This document shows, piece by piece, positions 36,817 to 48,494 of a stretch of DNA of 64,000 nt. The translations under genes and the position numbers were made by a program. The first letter of the stretch is position 1, and each line of letters begins with the position of its first letter. Origin of the DNA: Phoronis australis (lineage: Eukaryota > Animalia > Phoronida). The notes below the pieces were generated by a model. That model was not told the DNA's origin and ran no database searches. It saw only the letters and a list, made by a program, of their open reading frames with translations. The DNA lies in the NCBI GenBank assembly GCA_002633005.1, contig NMRA01000076.1, positions 1,031,705-1,095,704 of the forward strand, read 5' to 3'.

Positions 36817-39153
36817 CTATACAGTCGATGTTTGGACATTCTGTGTCAGTTGCAAGCGTTCGCCAAATTTTGGTTCATTTTCGCTTCTTTGCCTACGGAA
36901 TGCCGTGAAAATTTCATCTGTCACGTGTCGAGAGAGGACATTGCGTAATCCCCGGTTCCGTTTAGTGTGGTTCACATGGACCATGGTTGGTCTGGTTAAA
37001 TGTCTCGTTTGTATGGCATAATCGCTGTGTGATTCATTAACGTCCGGTATGATCACGTGGTCTGTTTCATCCATTGTGTCGTACTTGTACGTCGCATGAT
37101 CGCTAGCTTTGCTTCTAAGCCGACTGACAAACTGCTTACACCCATGACGGAATCTATGTGAAATTACAACTGCGATTCCAATTACTGTTGATGTCCCTAA
37201 AACGGCACATATTGTGACAAATGTGTAAGACTGGTCTGTGTTTACCCTAGTCTCGTTTTGCTGGCATTGGTTGATTGAGAGCTTGTTTGTTGACAAGGCA
37301 CTACCAACCGGAAGCAGTCCTCCCTCTTTGCAGAGGTAAGCACTTCTGCTATCAGCAATCGTGCTTTCGTTCAGCCAGTTAATAAAATTTAGTAACGCGC
37401 AGTTACAAATGTACGGATTGCAGCAACCACGAAATACCCTCAAACGACCAGGCACAGAGTGATGATTCATTGACACTGTCCCGATGAGATTTCTCGAGAC
37501 ATTCAAAGTGGACAAATTCCCCATGTGTCGGAAAATGTCAAATCGGAGCTCAAAAAGCTGATTGTTCGCCACGTTTAACTTTTCCAGATGTACTAAATTT
37601 TGAAGACACGTGGCAGATAAGTTTTGTATTTCGTTGTAACTGAGGTCTATGATTTTAAGATTTTTCACATTTTGAGGAAATGCGATATTTCTAAGTTTGT
37701 TTCGACGAAGATTCAAATCTTCAAGGTTTAAAAGAGGTTTAAACGTGTCCTGTGTAATAGATAACAGTAAATTGTAGCTCATATCTAGGGAAATAAGAAA
37801 AGGCGTATGTTTAAAAATGTCTCTGGAAAGAAAGCGTATTCCTGCATTTTGTATATTTAGAATGGTTAATTTTGAGAGACCTTTAAAAATATTACTACTA
37901 AGGTTACGAAGAGGATTGTTGGACAAATCCAAACAGCAAAGATTTCCCAGGGTTTGAAACCTTAAATTCCCCAACGTTAAAAGTTCATTGGATTGCAAAT
38001 ACAACGACTCTAGTTCATTTAATTCTGCAAATGCGTCTATGTCAATTGTTTCTATGACGTTGTTGGATAGATCCAATGATTTCAACATTTTACAGTGACG
38101 AAATTCCATCTTAACTGTTGAAAGCTTGCAACTTGACAAGTTTAAAGAAATCAATGATTCTAAACTGTAAAATGTGTCTTCGTCAATGGAACCCAGCAGA
38201 CCGTTTGAATTCAGATCCAGTGTGTTCAACGAGGGGATCCATTGAAAGATCCCAGGGCCTAGTTTATTAATATAGGATTCCCTAATATGCAATTCTTGGA
38301 TAGATGTATTTCGCATCGGTTCAAATGTCGTATTGGCAAAAATCTTGAGATTATCGTACATATTGCCCAAAGACAAATACTTCAGCGATAAAGATCCTTT
38401 CAGTGCTCTCGAAACGCTTTGAATGCCACGCGCGTCCAATTTATTTCCATCGAGGTAAACGAACTCTAACTTGTTCAACTTGGAAAATGGCTCTGGCGAA
38501 AGTAAGGATAACCGGTTCCATGAGAGATCTAATGTTGCAAGAGATGGCAAATACGCTTGTCCATTAACTCTTTCAACATTTCCGTGCGATATATACAAAC
38601 TCTCCAAAGACAGAAGATTGTCCAGTGCATGCAGATCTAATACGCGAACGGTTTGTCCCTTAAAGTGTAACTCGCGCAATGTTTTTATACCAGTCAACTC
38701 CAATGGTAGAGATGCGAAGCGGTTATAACTGAGATCTAAGACTTGCAGAGATGCTGCGTCAACAACAAACCCTGGTAATGATGAAAGAGAATTATGCGAA
38801 ACATTAAGAACTCTGAGGTGTGGTTTGTTGGAAATCCACTGAGCAGATAGTGTTTCCAGGCCGCTTTGTGTCAGTTTTAGCGTCACGAGCTTGTTCAACT
38901 TCGCTAACGTCAAATCTTCCACATCTCCGAACTGACAGTTTGTGATAACCACTTGAGTGGTGTTGCTGTTGATATGATTCGCAACGCCTGAATTAATCAC
39001 CGTGCCACTGCAACTGTAGATACTGCCTTGTTGTTGGCATGGTAATAGAAGTGCGTGTCCGACTACATGAAGGTTATCAAGTACCAGCCACACATATAAA
39101 GTGTACAGCGTAAAAAAACATTCGCGCGTCTGCCCTTTCTGTTGCGCTTCCAT
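36817..39153 (-). CDS. Single-pass LRR receptor with TLR-like ectodomain and no TIR domain (~778 aa)
   Basis: Intact ORF, with the ATG directly after a ctttcag acceptor. It has a hydrophobic leader, a Cys cap, ~20 LxxLxLxxN repeats, an LRRCT (NPYICNC...YLC...C), a TM helix TFVTICAVLGTSTVIGIAVVI and a ~110-aa tail ending QTSTV. Confidence 0.9.
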   Translation of the reverse strand: MEAQQKGQTRECFFTLYTLYVWLVLDNLHVVGHALLLPCQQQGSIYSCSGTVINSGVANHINSNTTQVVITNCQFGDVEDLTLAKLNKLVTLKLTQSGLETLSAQWISNKPHLRVLNVSHNSLSSLPGFVVDAASLQVLDLSYNRFASLPLELTGIKTLRELHFKGQTVRVLDLHALDNLLSLESLYISHGNVERVNGQAYLPSLATLDLSWNRLSLLSPEPFSKLNKLEFVYLDGNKLDARGIQSVSRALKGSLSLKYLSLGNMYDNLKIFANTTFEPMRNTSIQELHIRESYINKLGPGIFQWIPSLNTLDLNSNGLLGSIDEDTFYSLESLISLNLSSCKLSTVKMEFRHCKMLKSLDLSNNVIETIDIDAFAELNELESLYLQSNELLTLGNLRFQTLGNLCCLDLSNNPLRNLSSNIFKGLSKLTILNIQNAGIRFLSRDIFKHTPFLISLDMSYNLLLSITQDTFKPLLNLEDLNLRRNKLRNIAFPQNVKNLKIIDLSYNEIQNLSATCLQNLVHLEKLNVANNQLFELRFDIFRHMGNLSTLNVSRNLIGTVSMNHHSVPGRLRVFRGCCNPYICNCALLNFINWLNESTIADSRSAYLCKEGGLLPVGSALSTNKLSINQCQQNETRVNTDQSYTFVTICAVLGTSTVIGIAVVISHRFRHGCKQFVSRLRSKASDHATYKYDTMDETDHVIIPDVNESHSDYAIQTRHLTRPTMVHVNHTKRNRGLRNVLSRHVTDEIFTAFRRQRSENEPKFGERLQLTQNVQTSTV

Positions 39154-39812
39154 CTGAAAGGATAGCAAGCAACATGAATCTTGACTTATTATTCTGCTGG
39201 TCAGTCGACAATAATTTCCGTAGCTGTGACCTAAAGGATGAAATTGAATATGTTTGACATGTTGGATTATCTCTTTTCCTTCTCAACTTCAGAGTTATTT
39301 CTATCGACATAGCGAGCATGTGAAAATAGAGAATGTAACGACGTTGAACTTTTTACGGACGCCGCTGTTGAAGAAGAAAACTAGCAGTTTAAGTTGCATT
39401 TTGTCTTATTTAGGGGGCTCGGAAAAAACGAAAATCGAATTAGTACCTTTACTGTCATAAAATCGGTCTCGTGGTATTCCTTATTGTGACAGGATTCCAT
39501 TTCCGTTACCAACTCACGTCGTATTGCAGGCGATGTGCCATTTTCGAATTCGTAATTTTTGGGTTGGCCAACCCCAAAACACTGAAGTTTTTTCATGAGT
39601 CGCTGATGGTTTTCAGGTTCTTGTGGGTACCGAGAATGGAATCCTGTTGTACAAAGGAACATTATGAGACCGATTTGCATTTTAGCCAGCTAAGCAAGGC
39701 GAAATGCACCATCAACTAAATTGTCAACTATGCCGCAAAATTCTGGACAGTAAAACGGCTAAATATGATACATGCATCATGGCAAACTGTACATCGAATT
39801 GTGATAACTTAC

Positions 39813-39950
39813 CTCAGTCGAATCGTTTAATTCAATGTCAATTTCTGTGAGAAAGATCACGTTTCCTTCTGAACCATTTACATCTCCTCCGAAATCGCCA
39901 TGCTTCTTAATTGTAGACTGTATAAATCAAAGTTCTATCAGTAAATAGAC
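39813..39950 (-). other. Candidate 5'-UTR exon of the LRR receptor gene
   Basis: A strong donor GAG|gtaagt at 39812 lies upstream of the acceptor that abuts the ATG. The exon 5' end is unknown. Confidence 0.4.
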
Positions 39951-42562
39951 CATTTAGCCAAGCGCCAAACCAATAAAGGCTAATCTCGTTTTTGACAGCG
40001 AAGCGATATTACGAACAAAACGAATGTTATATTAATAGATTATAGTCCGTAGTTACCTAGGAATTCTGCTTTGCTTTACCGTGATGACGGAAAATTTAGA
40101 GTTCAGTGCCCGGTTGCACGATGCACTCCTAAACAAGGACTCAATTACGTTCCTTAAATTTTTAACAGATTTTCGGACTTCTGCAAACACTAATGCTAAC
40201 TTGTCTCCATAGCTAAGTCAATTTTTAGCTTTGATTTACATCAAGAGTAGATTCAACGTTGAATTCTCAATATTATTTAAGATAAATGGGGACGTTTTCA
40301 TGCAACGCTCCTAATTTAAAGACCAAGTCCTTATTTATATTCATTTAAATAAGGGTTCGGTTGCGAGACATGTTATAATGTCATTCGCCTAAGAGGAGCT
40401 TACAGTAAAGATAAGAGAAAAACGATCTTTGTGAGTGAACAAAGACACACACACGCAAGAGAATTCGGACACTCGGACCCGTTGCATCGAAGTTCGTATG
40501 TCTGGTCGTTGCCTTTTGACGCTCGTAGGTACGCATGTTATTCCAAACGCGACGCAGCGTACTCAAGGGCAAAGGGTTGCAAATAACGTTAAAGCGGTTA
40601 AAATGTACCCGCGATCCATCCAAGGAGCGAAATTTTGATAAAAAACCGCTCGCGGTTATAAAATTGCTTTGAACTTATTCCCACGAGAAGTGATTTCTGG
40701 GATTGCAAAGAGCTAACAATTTGTTATTCGCCGAGACCGTGCTTAAAATGACACGTCGCAACAAGCACGTAGAACCTGATCTCAAACAAAGACGACCGCA
40801 CGTCATTTCTTTCACTGAAAGCCCTGAAATCATCCCCAATTTGACCAAAAAGGATAATTTGAGACGTTAAGTGATCCAAATCAAAAGTACGTGTTTTGTG
40901 ATGGAAGGCGGATTTATAACAGCTTAAAATTGACAATTTTTCACAAGTGCCTTCTGAACCACTGCGTGTAAATTAAAATTGGAGTTACGATAAAGGTCTT
41001 GGCTAAGATCGGATTTACGACCTATATAAGCGGTCCTGGTTCCTCAGGCTGCGTCACAATCTTCACTTGAGATAATGGCCCGGTATCTAATCCGTTTGTA
41101 CTCGGAATTGAAATTGTTTCTTTTTTGTTCTTGGCTATTTTACAAACTGAAGATAGTTGTCTGTTATTCTGTGCTCGAGTACATTAACATTGTGATCATA
41201 GACATCTTAGTACTATCTATGTGATGTCTATCATGGCGATTAATGTCACCCATGCCAATTAAATCACGTGCTATGGAGCTCGCAAGCTATTGTTGAACTT
41301 GCGAGATCCATGCCAACAGGCGTAAGCGCGTCCAATCAGTGATTATCGCCTGAGGGAGCGTACCACTGTTTTCCGTTGTTGCGTCTTAAATTTAACAATA
41401 CAGGTAGCAAGGATGGCACTTTTACATGACTATAACATATAGTGCATGGCAATGAATGGAAACGTCTGTCCGTTTTCCTAAAGGGGATTGGCAGACTTGA
41501 AAACTTCCTTCACGAAGAACCATAATGGGGGCTCTCGCGCGGCTTTTGCTCAGGTGTTTTGTGCAGTGAGCCCAACCATGAGGTCTGCGCACGTCTGGTG
41601 CACCGCAAATACATCAGGCCACCTGCACTGTGTTTTTTTAAGGATATCCTACCTAGGGCACACATAAGCCGGTTACTGACCGATAAATGCTTACCATTCT
41701 CTTCATTATAAGATAGAAAAACAAAGAGAAAAATGGATGCGTCTATCTATCGATATCTATGAGACGAGCTTGTGATCTAGTTTCCCGGTTTTTATTCCAC
41801 GTTTTACACATGATGAACCTTAAATTCGAGCTACTAACTCGAGCAAGAACTCGAGCTTTCGAGTAAAAACTCGAGATTTCGAGTTCTGACGAGAACCTAC
41901 ACTTTTAATGCTGGTGTCGCCAGGTGCGAACTTGGACTAGAAATTTATTACCGTGAACCATAATGTACTTGAGCATGGCATAATAGCACTGAATTAGCTG
42001 TACTTTGCACAAAAGTAGAACGGAAAATGGAAAATTTTAATTCGAATTCTATTTGCGAGTACGAAGATTGCACCCTGGGCCTTGGACTGGATTGCTTTAA
42101 AGTTTAATTTTGCTGCCAGGAAAATAGAAGTACGTGCCTTAATCTATCCATTTCACACACCCTCACCGTTCCTCACGTTCGGCGCTTTCTCGTACCTCTG
42201 TTTGGGGCTTATTTTCACAAGAGATCGTTGTTTTTGCTTATCGTATTGTATTTCCTATCCTTGTACTTGAATTTCGCCAACTCGTCTCCCTTTCATCTCT
42301 TGTGACGATCTTTTAGATCAACACTGAGTAACCTTACCACATGACTGAGTTAGCCGGGCTACTCGGGACTGACATATGTCAATCACAGAATTTATCCGCT
42401 GGATAACTTTTGGTTGTTGCAGGCCGTCACTTGAATATTTCAACAATGGCAAAGTGACGCGTGATAGTGTGACGTCGTTGTTATCCAGTGCAACGGCCCA
42501 GGTGCATGACGAAACACGGCGTCCGCACCGCGGTCCACGAGTTAGATCACCTGAAAACGCCG

Positions 42563-44185
42563 CAGTGGCGGATCTACGGGGGGTTCAGGGGGTTTACCCC
42601 CCCCCCTTCGGGCCAGGACCCAAAAATTAAAAAAAACGTCTCTAGCAAAACAAAAACGGCACCGCCAGCGTGTGGAAAAAATGAGGGGGGTTTACTCTGA
42701 AAATATATTTTTTGCGTTGTGAATTGGTGTTATGAAAATCAACGCGTTTCGAGTCTTCGTGGCTCATCGGCAAATCCCCGGAGATCAATTGTGTGCGCGC
42801 TTCCGACTACACTTCTGAAGTAGCCAAGCAGTTTAGATGGATCAACCGCTGAAAGAGCAGCTCTATAGCTGATTTCTTTAGGTAACTAGTTTCTTTACGC
42901 TAAGATATGTTTTGATTTGATTAGGGGAAATACTGTGGTGCCGCAACCCTGATATTCAGGCGAATTGACATGCAACGTTTTTATCTCATCTGTCACGCCG
43001 TGTCATCCGATTACACCCCACACGTTTGTAACTCGAAGTTGACTGGTGTATAATAAAGTTGTCTTGCGCAATATCATACAGTGTTCATGTACATGTGCAA
43101 GTAGGCCTAATACTTTTGAAAAAAAACTCGTTTCCGAAGAATTGCTATTGTGGCGGGCGCCATGGTCTGGTCGCGAGTCTGTTTGAAGATGCACTCTAAC
43201 AAGTTATGTCTATACAAGGAATGACCAAGGGGCACTCACATTGACAAAGTGATCACATTCGCGAACAGTGTACAGTACCAGAAATTGCGGGGAGGCTGTA
43301 TTTTCACAACAAAGTCTTGCGGAACTCGTGCGATGTTCATTGGGCCTCCTAAGGAGCCTTATTGCCGACCTCAACACCTACCGTCTTTCTACTTGCAATA
43401 AGCACCACTGCCGTTTTCTATACTGGGAATTTCCACAGAAAGGCCCACCCGATGAAACGCCCATGCCCATGGGCATTTATTTGATGTCTGTACTTCGGGT
43501 TTCAAGCGTTCCTGGGACGTTTATTTCGAAAATTGCAAGAGATGCAAAAGGGTCCTGGAATACACCGTCAAGGTTTGAAGTAGTCCATGGTGAACGGATC
43601 AAATTTTTTGCGCATGCTGTAAGTCTTTTGAATGGACTTGGTAACCTCAGGGGGCTTAGTGCCGACTGAGCTGCGAAACGAGATGCTGACATTGTAGAGG
43701 CGTACAAGCTCATTGACACAGCAGTTGACGAAGTGAAAGTGTTGGTAACAAACGTCGAAGATGTCTAGGTAGAATGGTTCCAAGAGCAGCAAACCATTGG
43801 ATCCGATGTACAGATTCCTCGGCAGCCTAGACATCAGAAAGATAGAACCAACGTTCCTGAAGAAACACCCAGGTAATAAGTTATAATTATACACAGTTTG
43901 TAATAATGTCGGTTTTTTAGGCTTGTGTACAATGAAAACGAAATAGAAATTATTTTTGGATATGCCAAATTTACCCAGTACAGTAGAGGGTCTTCGAGCG
44001 CACAGAAACTGATTCTGGTTTGTATTTCCACTTGAGTCTATCTGCTTCATATCCAAAATCTTATTTCACGTAGTGCGTAGTTAAATCTGTAGGCTACTCA
44101 ATATTTGTTTCTTCCAGTGAGTACTACAGAACGGTGCGAAAACCCTTCCTAGACAACCTCTCGCAGCAGTTGACCACCAGATGTG
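42563..44185 (+). mobile_element. Decayed hAT transposon (PRKRIR/ZMYM1-like transposase relic)
   Basis: 5' terminus CAGTGGCGGATC. Translated remnants DIVEAYKLID, RHQKDRTNVPEETP and EYYRTVRKPFLDNLSQQLTTR are typical of hAT transposases. Confidence 0.7.
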
Positions 44186-44190
44186 TAAAC

Positions 44191-44564
44191 TACACGTATG
44201 ACAAACCACTGGGGATTAAAAAGTGTCTAGAGAGAAGTTTTCAATTCAAATTTTTTTGCAAAGTACGCTTTTGGTCTCGCGACGGACCAGACCAGCTTGA
44301 TTTGTGCAGATATCGAGTTTCAGTGTACTTCTTGTCCCTCGGCGAACTAGTCTTGTGATGTTTTTTTACCAAAGTGTGCTTTGTAAAACTATTGATCTCA
44401 GTCAGTACTGTTTGGTCCCGCGACAGATCGACTATTTTTTTAGGGATAATAAGCACAGGTGTACTTTTGGTCTCGTGACTGACCAGGCCAGAATTTTTGT
44501 GTACTCTCAGTGTACATCTGGTCCCTCTGCGAACTGCTCCTGTATATCTTTTCACCACGGTGTA
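44191..44564. mobile_element. Possible CACTA/EnSpm-like MITE with internal degenerate repeats
   Basis: TA-CAC...GTG-TA ends and repeated TTTGGTCYCGYGAC units. Confidence 0.35.
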
Positions 44565-45480
44565 GGCCTACAGAGTGTTTTGGTTTCGTGAAACTGTTTT
44601 CAGATGATTTGTTTCCAGATACATTTGACGTTTTTCAATTGTTGTCAACTTGTTTGAGCTTAATAAAGTGATACTTAATTATTTATTGTCGCTTTTAATA
44701 ATAGACTATGAGCTGAGAACACCATCGTTCGCCAGTTTTTCTCGTAACGAGACAGAGCACATGTTTATTTGCGGACTAACAGTACAGGTCTTCGTTCTTA
44801 AACAGCTTGAGGCTGTTGCGATCATCTGATATTCAAGTTTTTAGGCCCCGTCGGTGCTCCTTATGCTCTTGAGTATTTGGTAGTTGTCTAAACTCCTGTA
44901 TACACACTACACGTCTTCGTATGCTAAAAAGGTGTGTGTAAGCAGATGTTCCAACAAAATTTTTGCTGGTGGTGTGACGTATACCCAGATGTGCACAAAT
45001 ATGGTTTCAAGAAACTTATGAGCCAAGTTCATGTGACGAAATCGAGAAGGGTTTTTAATTATCTTAAGAAAAACACCAGGGACATGTTACGTGCCAGAAA
45101 CGTACCAGCATGCATGGAAATTTCACTGTTTGGCTACAAAAACAAAAAGTTGTCTTACACGGGGGGAGCTGTTCAACGTTACCCAGACTTTTGCTTCGAA
45201 GCGTCTTGACAAGTTCATTCTGTGGTACCGCAGTTTAGTGAAGTGTAAGGGATAGCTCCCGGAGTGTTCAGTGGGAATAAGTGTATTTGACATCAAACCG
45301 TGTCCCCGTTGTCTTAATCAAAACTAGCTGGAACCCGTGCTTCGCACATGTAGGCCTACCAGCTAGTCTAAGGAAAACAGCTTTAGCCGGCCGGTTTACG
45401 CTAGACATGGGATGTTGATATGGTAATACATGTTTCAGTTAGGAAACAGTAATATTACCTAAAAGCTGTGCTGTTATCGC

Positions 45481-46745
45481 TTATTACTCTGCGCGTGTAA
45501 GCGCAGAGTACTGTTGTTCCTGGGTTTTCTTCAATTTTATTCTTATTCTTATTCTTCTTATTCTTCTTATTCTTCTTCCGACCAACTTTGAGGCCTAATA
45601 ACTCCAAATTGGGTGCAGGTATAATCTTTAAATTCAGCATATGAGTTTTGATGGTTTATAAATTTTGATTGGTTATATAATCATAATCCATATTGCACCG
45701 GAAGAGGCCGTTTGGTGCAAAGGTCATATAATTTTCAAAATGCTACTCCTCCTTCAGTTTTAAAGCTATCTTTTTTAAATTCGGTGCACAGGTATAAGTC
45801 AACATGACAATTTAAAAAATTACTTTTCTAAGTAATCGGGTCATCCAATCAGGTGAAATAGGTCAAAGGTCATTAGGTGCAAACTAAAATTTTGAGCTAG
45901 ACACTTCAAATTGACAGGTCTGATTGCTACAGGTAAATCAAATCGGAATCTAAAGTTTCAAGTCATTTAGTGCAAACATGGGGTCATTAGGTGCATTTTT
46001 TTCTGAAAATTTGACCTTTTCAATCAGCGAATATTCTGATGTGTCAACCGTTAGACAACTGTGATTCTCAGCGTTAACCACATTTTCCATGGGCTTTGCA
46101 ATGATTCTCCTAAAGATGCTTAAAATGCACCGGATAAGGTCAATTAGTGCAAAGGTCATGTAACGTTCAAAATGTTATATCTCTTACGTTTTTCAAGGAA
46201 TTCTTTTTAATTTCAGCACACTGGTGTAAGTCAACATGCCAATTCAATACCCTACTTAACGTCGAAATACGCCTAACCAATCAGAAAAAATGGGTCAAAG
46301 GTCATTGAGTGCAAACTAAAATTTTGAGCTACAGACTTCAGAATTACGTATCTGTTTACTAAGTGCGATTGAGTATGACTTATAAATTTTCAGGTCATTT
46401 GGTGCACCCATGGGGTTATTAGGTGCATTTTTCTTCTGAAAGTTTGACCACTTCATTCATCTTGTATACTGAAGTGCTTAATGTAAAACATCTGTGATTA
46501 TTAGCATTAACTACACTTTTAATCGAGTTAACATTTACTCCCTCATAGGCGCTCATAATGCACCGGAAGAGGTCAATTAGTGGAAAGGTCATCAAAAAAT
46601 TAATGTGTAATTTCTCCTACAATTTTAAAGAATTCCTTTTCATATTGGTAAATGGGTTGCTGTCAGTAACTTTCCATAATAATTCCAGTAATACGCACGC
46701 GCAGAGTCCGTTATTGTCACGCTGTGACAATAATCTTTCTAGTTT
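45481..46745. mobile_element. DINE-1/HINE-like non-autonomous Helentron
   Basis: Stem-loop ACTCTGCGC/GCGCAGAGT at 45486-45509 with a subterminal copy at 46699-46707. Also an (ATTCTT)n microsatellite, ~433-bp internal tandem repeats and a terminal hairpin TTATTGTCAC-gct-GTGACAATAA. Confidence 0.75.
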
Positions 46746-47669
46746 GCTATTGTTTTCCTTATTGAATTTTATTTTTTGTTGAATACCATTGTTATAGTTA
46801 TTTCACCGTACACAAATGTGATGGACGGTGGCAGGCCTAATACCACAAAGTGCATAGTACACGCATTGTGTCTTTATTACCACATACCTCAAATTCACAT
46901 GTACAGGTCTTTTCATGAATGTACGTTTCACGCGTGTTTAGCTGCAGTGAACCCTCAATCAAATAATTTTGGTGCTATTTCCATCATAGAAGCATGGAGT
47001 CGCCTGTTGCGCAAACAGAATATGTCAACGAGAAAGCACAGCAGCATTGGCATAAAGAATACAGCAGCTTCTGCGCAACACGCTGACTCAGTCACTTGAA
47101 TATGAGACCACATCCCATATAGGGCCTATATGTGAAAGTTTACCGGACCCGCCTTTAATCCACTGGTCCCGGGCCACCGTGTATTTCCAACGCTGGTCTC
47201 ACACTGTGTTTTCTTCCAGCAAATGGAGTCTAACCACATGCCTCTTTCAACGTATCCAGTACCTGACCTTGTATTGCACACAACAAATGATATTCGATTG
47301 GGTTCATATGGAGAATTAAAGTTGAACGACCTTCGCCCAATAAAATCCGTTCTCTTTTCCAATTACGAAGATGAAGTTTTCAACCAATAATTGAGATTTC
47401 TGAATAATTATTTACAATAAGGCATTTCCAATCCTGAGTTGTTTTTTCGTAGTAAAAGGTGCCTGTAAAAAAGAAAAAAAAACAACGATCAAATATACTT
47501 ATGAGCCATTTTGATACCGACATCAGTATTCTCCACGAACAGTTTTAACATGTCGGTTTAACAGAGTAGAGTTCAGTAATGCTAGTACCTCACAAAAAAT
47601 CTAGCCAAATCACGTGTTCTCATTTAAAATACACGGCAACATCTCGCGTAATCTTGCGGAGTCTCGTGC

Positions 47670-48328
47670 GTTTCGGGCCCGAAGTGCTACGTCGGAGCCT
47701 ACCTGCGCTGCCTTCGGCTGCTTTAGTGGCTGGGGCCCGCCTAAGTGCTACGTAGGAGCCTGCTTGCGCTGCCTTCGGCTGCTTGGCTGGGGCCCGCCTA
47801 AGGGCCACGTCGGAGCCGGCCACTCAGTGCGCTGCTCGGCTGCTTGGAGTGGCTGGGGTCCGCCTACTAAGGGCCACGTCGAAGACCTGCGCTGCCTTCG
47901 GCTGCTGTGGGGCCCGCCTATGGGACGCGAGCCGGCCTGCGCTGCCTTCGGCTGCTTGGCTGGGGCCCGCCTAAGGGCCACGTCGGAGCCGGCCACTCAG
48001 TGCGCTGCTCGGCTGCTTGGAGTGGCTGGGGTCCGCCTACTAAGGGCCACGTCGAAGACCTGCGCTGCCTTCGGCTGCTGTGGGGCCCGCCTATGGGACG
48101 CGAGCCGGCCTGCGCTGCCTTCGGCTGCTTGGCTGGGGCCCGCCTAAGGGCCACGTCGGAGCTGGCCTGCGCTGCCTTCCGGCCCGCCTGAGCGCTAGGC
48201 TATGTCGTGCCGTGCCTGCCTGGCCTTAGTGTGCGCCGCCTTCCGTTCGGCAGCTTGGCTCTGGCCCGCCTGAGTGCTACGCCGTGCCCTTCCTGCGCTG
48301 CCGGGCTGGGGCCCCCCTATAGGCTACG
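47670..48328. repeat. GC-rich tandem repeat, 173-bp unit made of three ~50-65 bp subrepeats, running into a gap
   Basis: GCTGCCTTCGGCTGCTTGGCTGGGGCCCGCC at 47768, 47941 and 48114. Confidence 0.9.
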
Positions 48329-48494
48329 NNNNNNNNNNNNNNNNNNNNNNNNNNNNNNNNNNNNNNNNNNNNNNNNNNNNNNNNNNNNNNNNNNNNNNNN
48401 NNNNNNNNNNNNNNNNNNNNNNNNNNNNNNNNNNNNNNNNNNNNNNNNNNNNNNNNNNNNNNNNNNNNNNNNNNNNNNNNNNNNNNNNNNNNNN
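48329..48494. other. Assembly gap
   Basis: N run. Confidence 1.
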
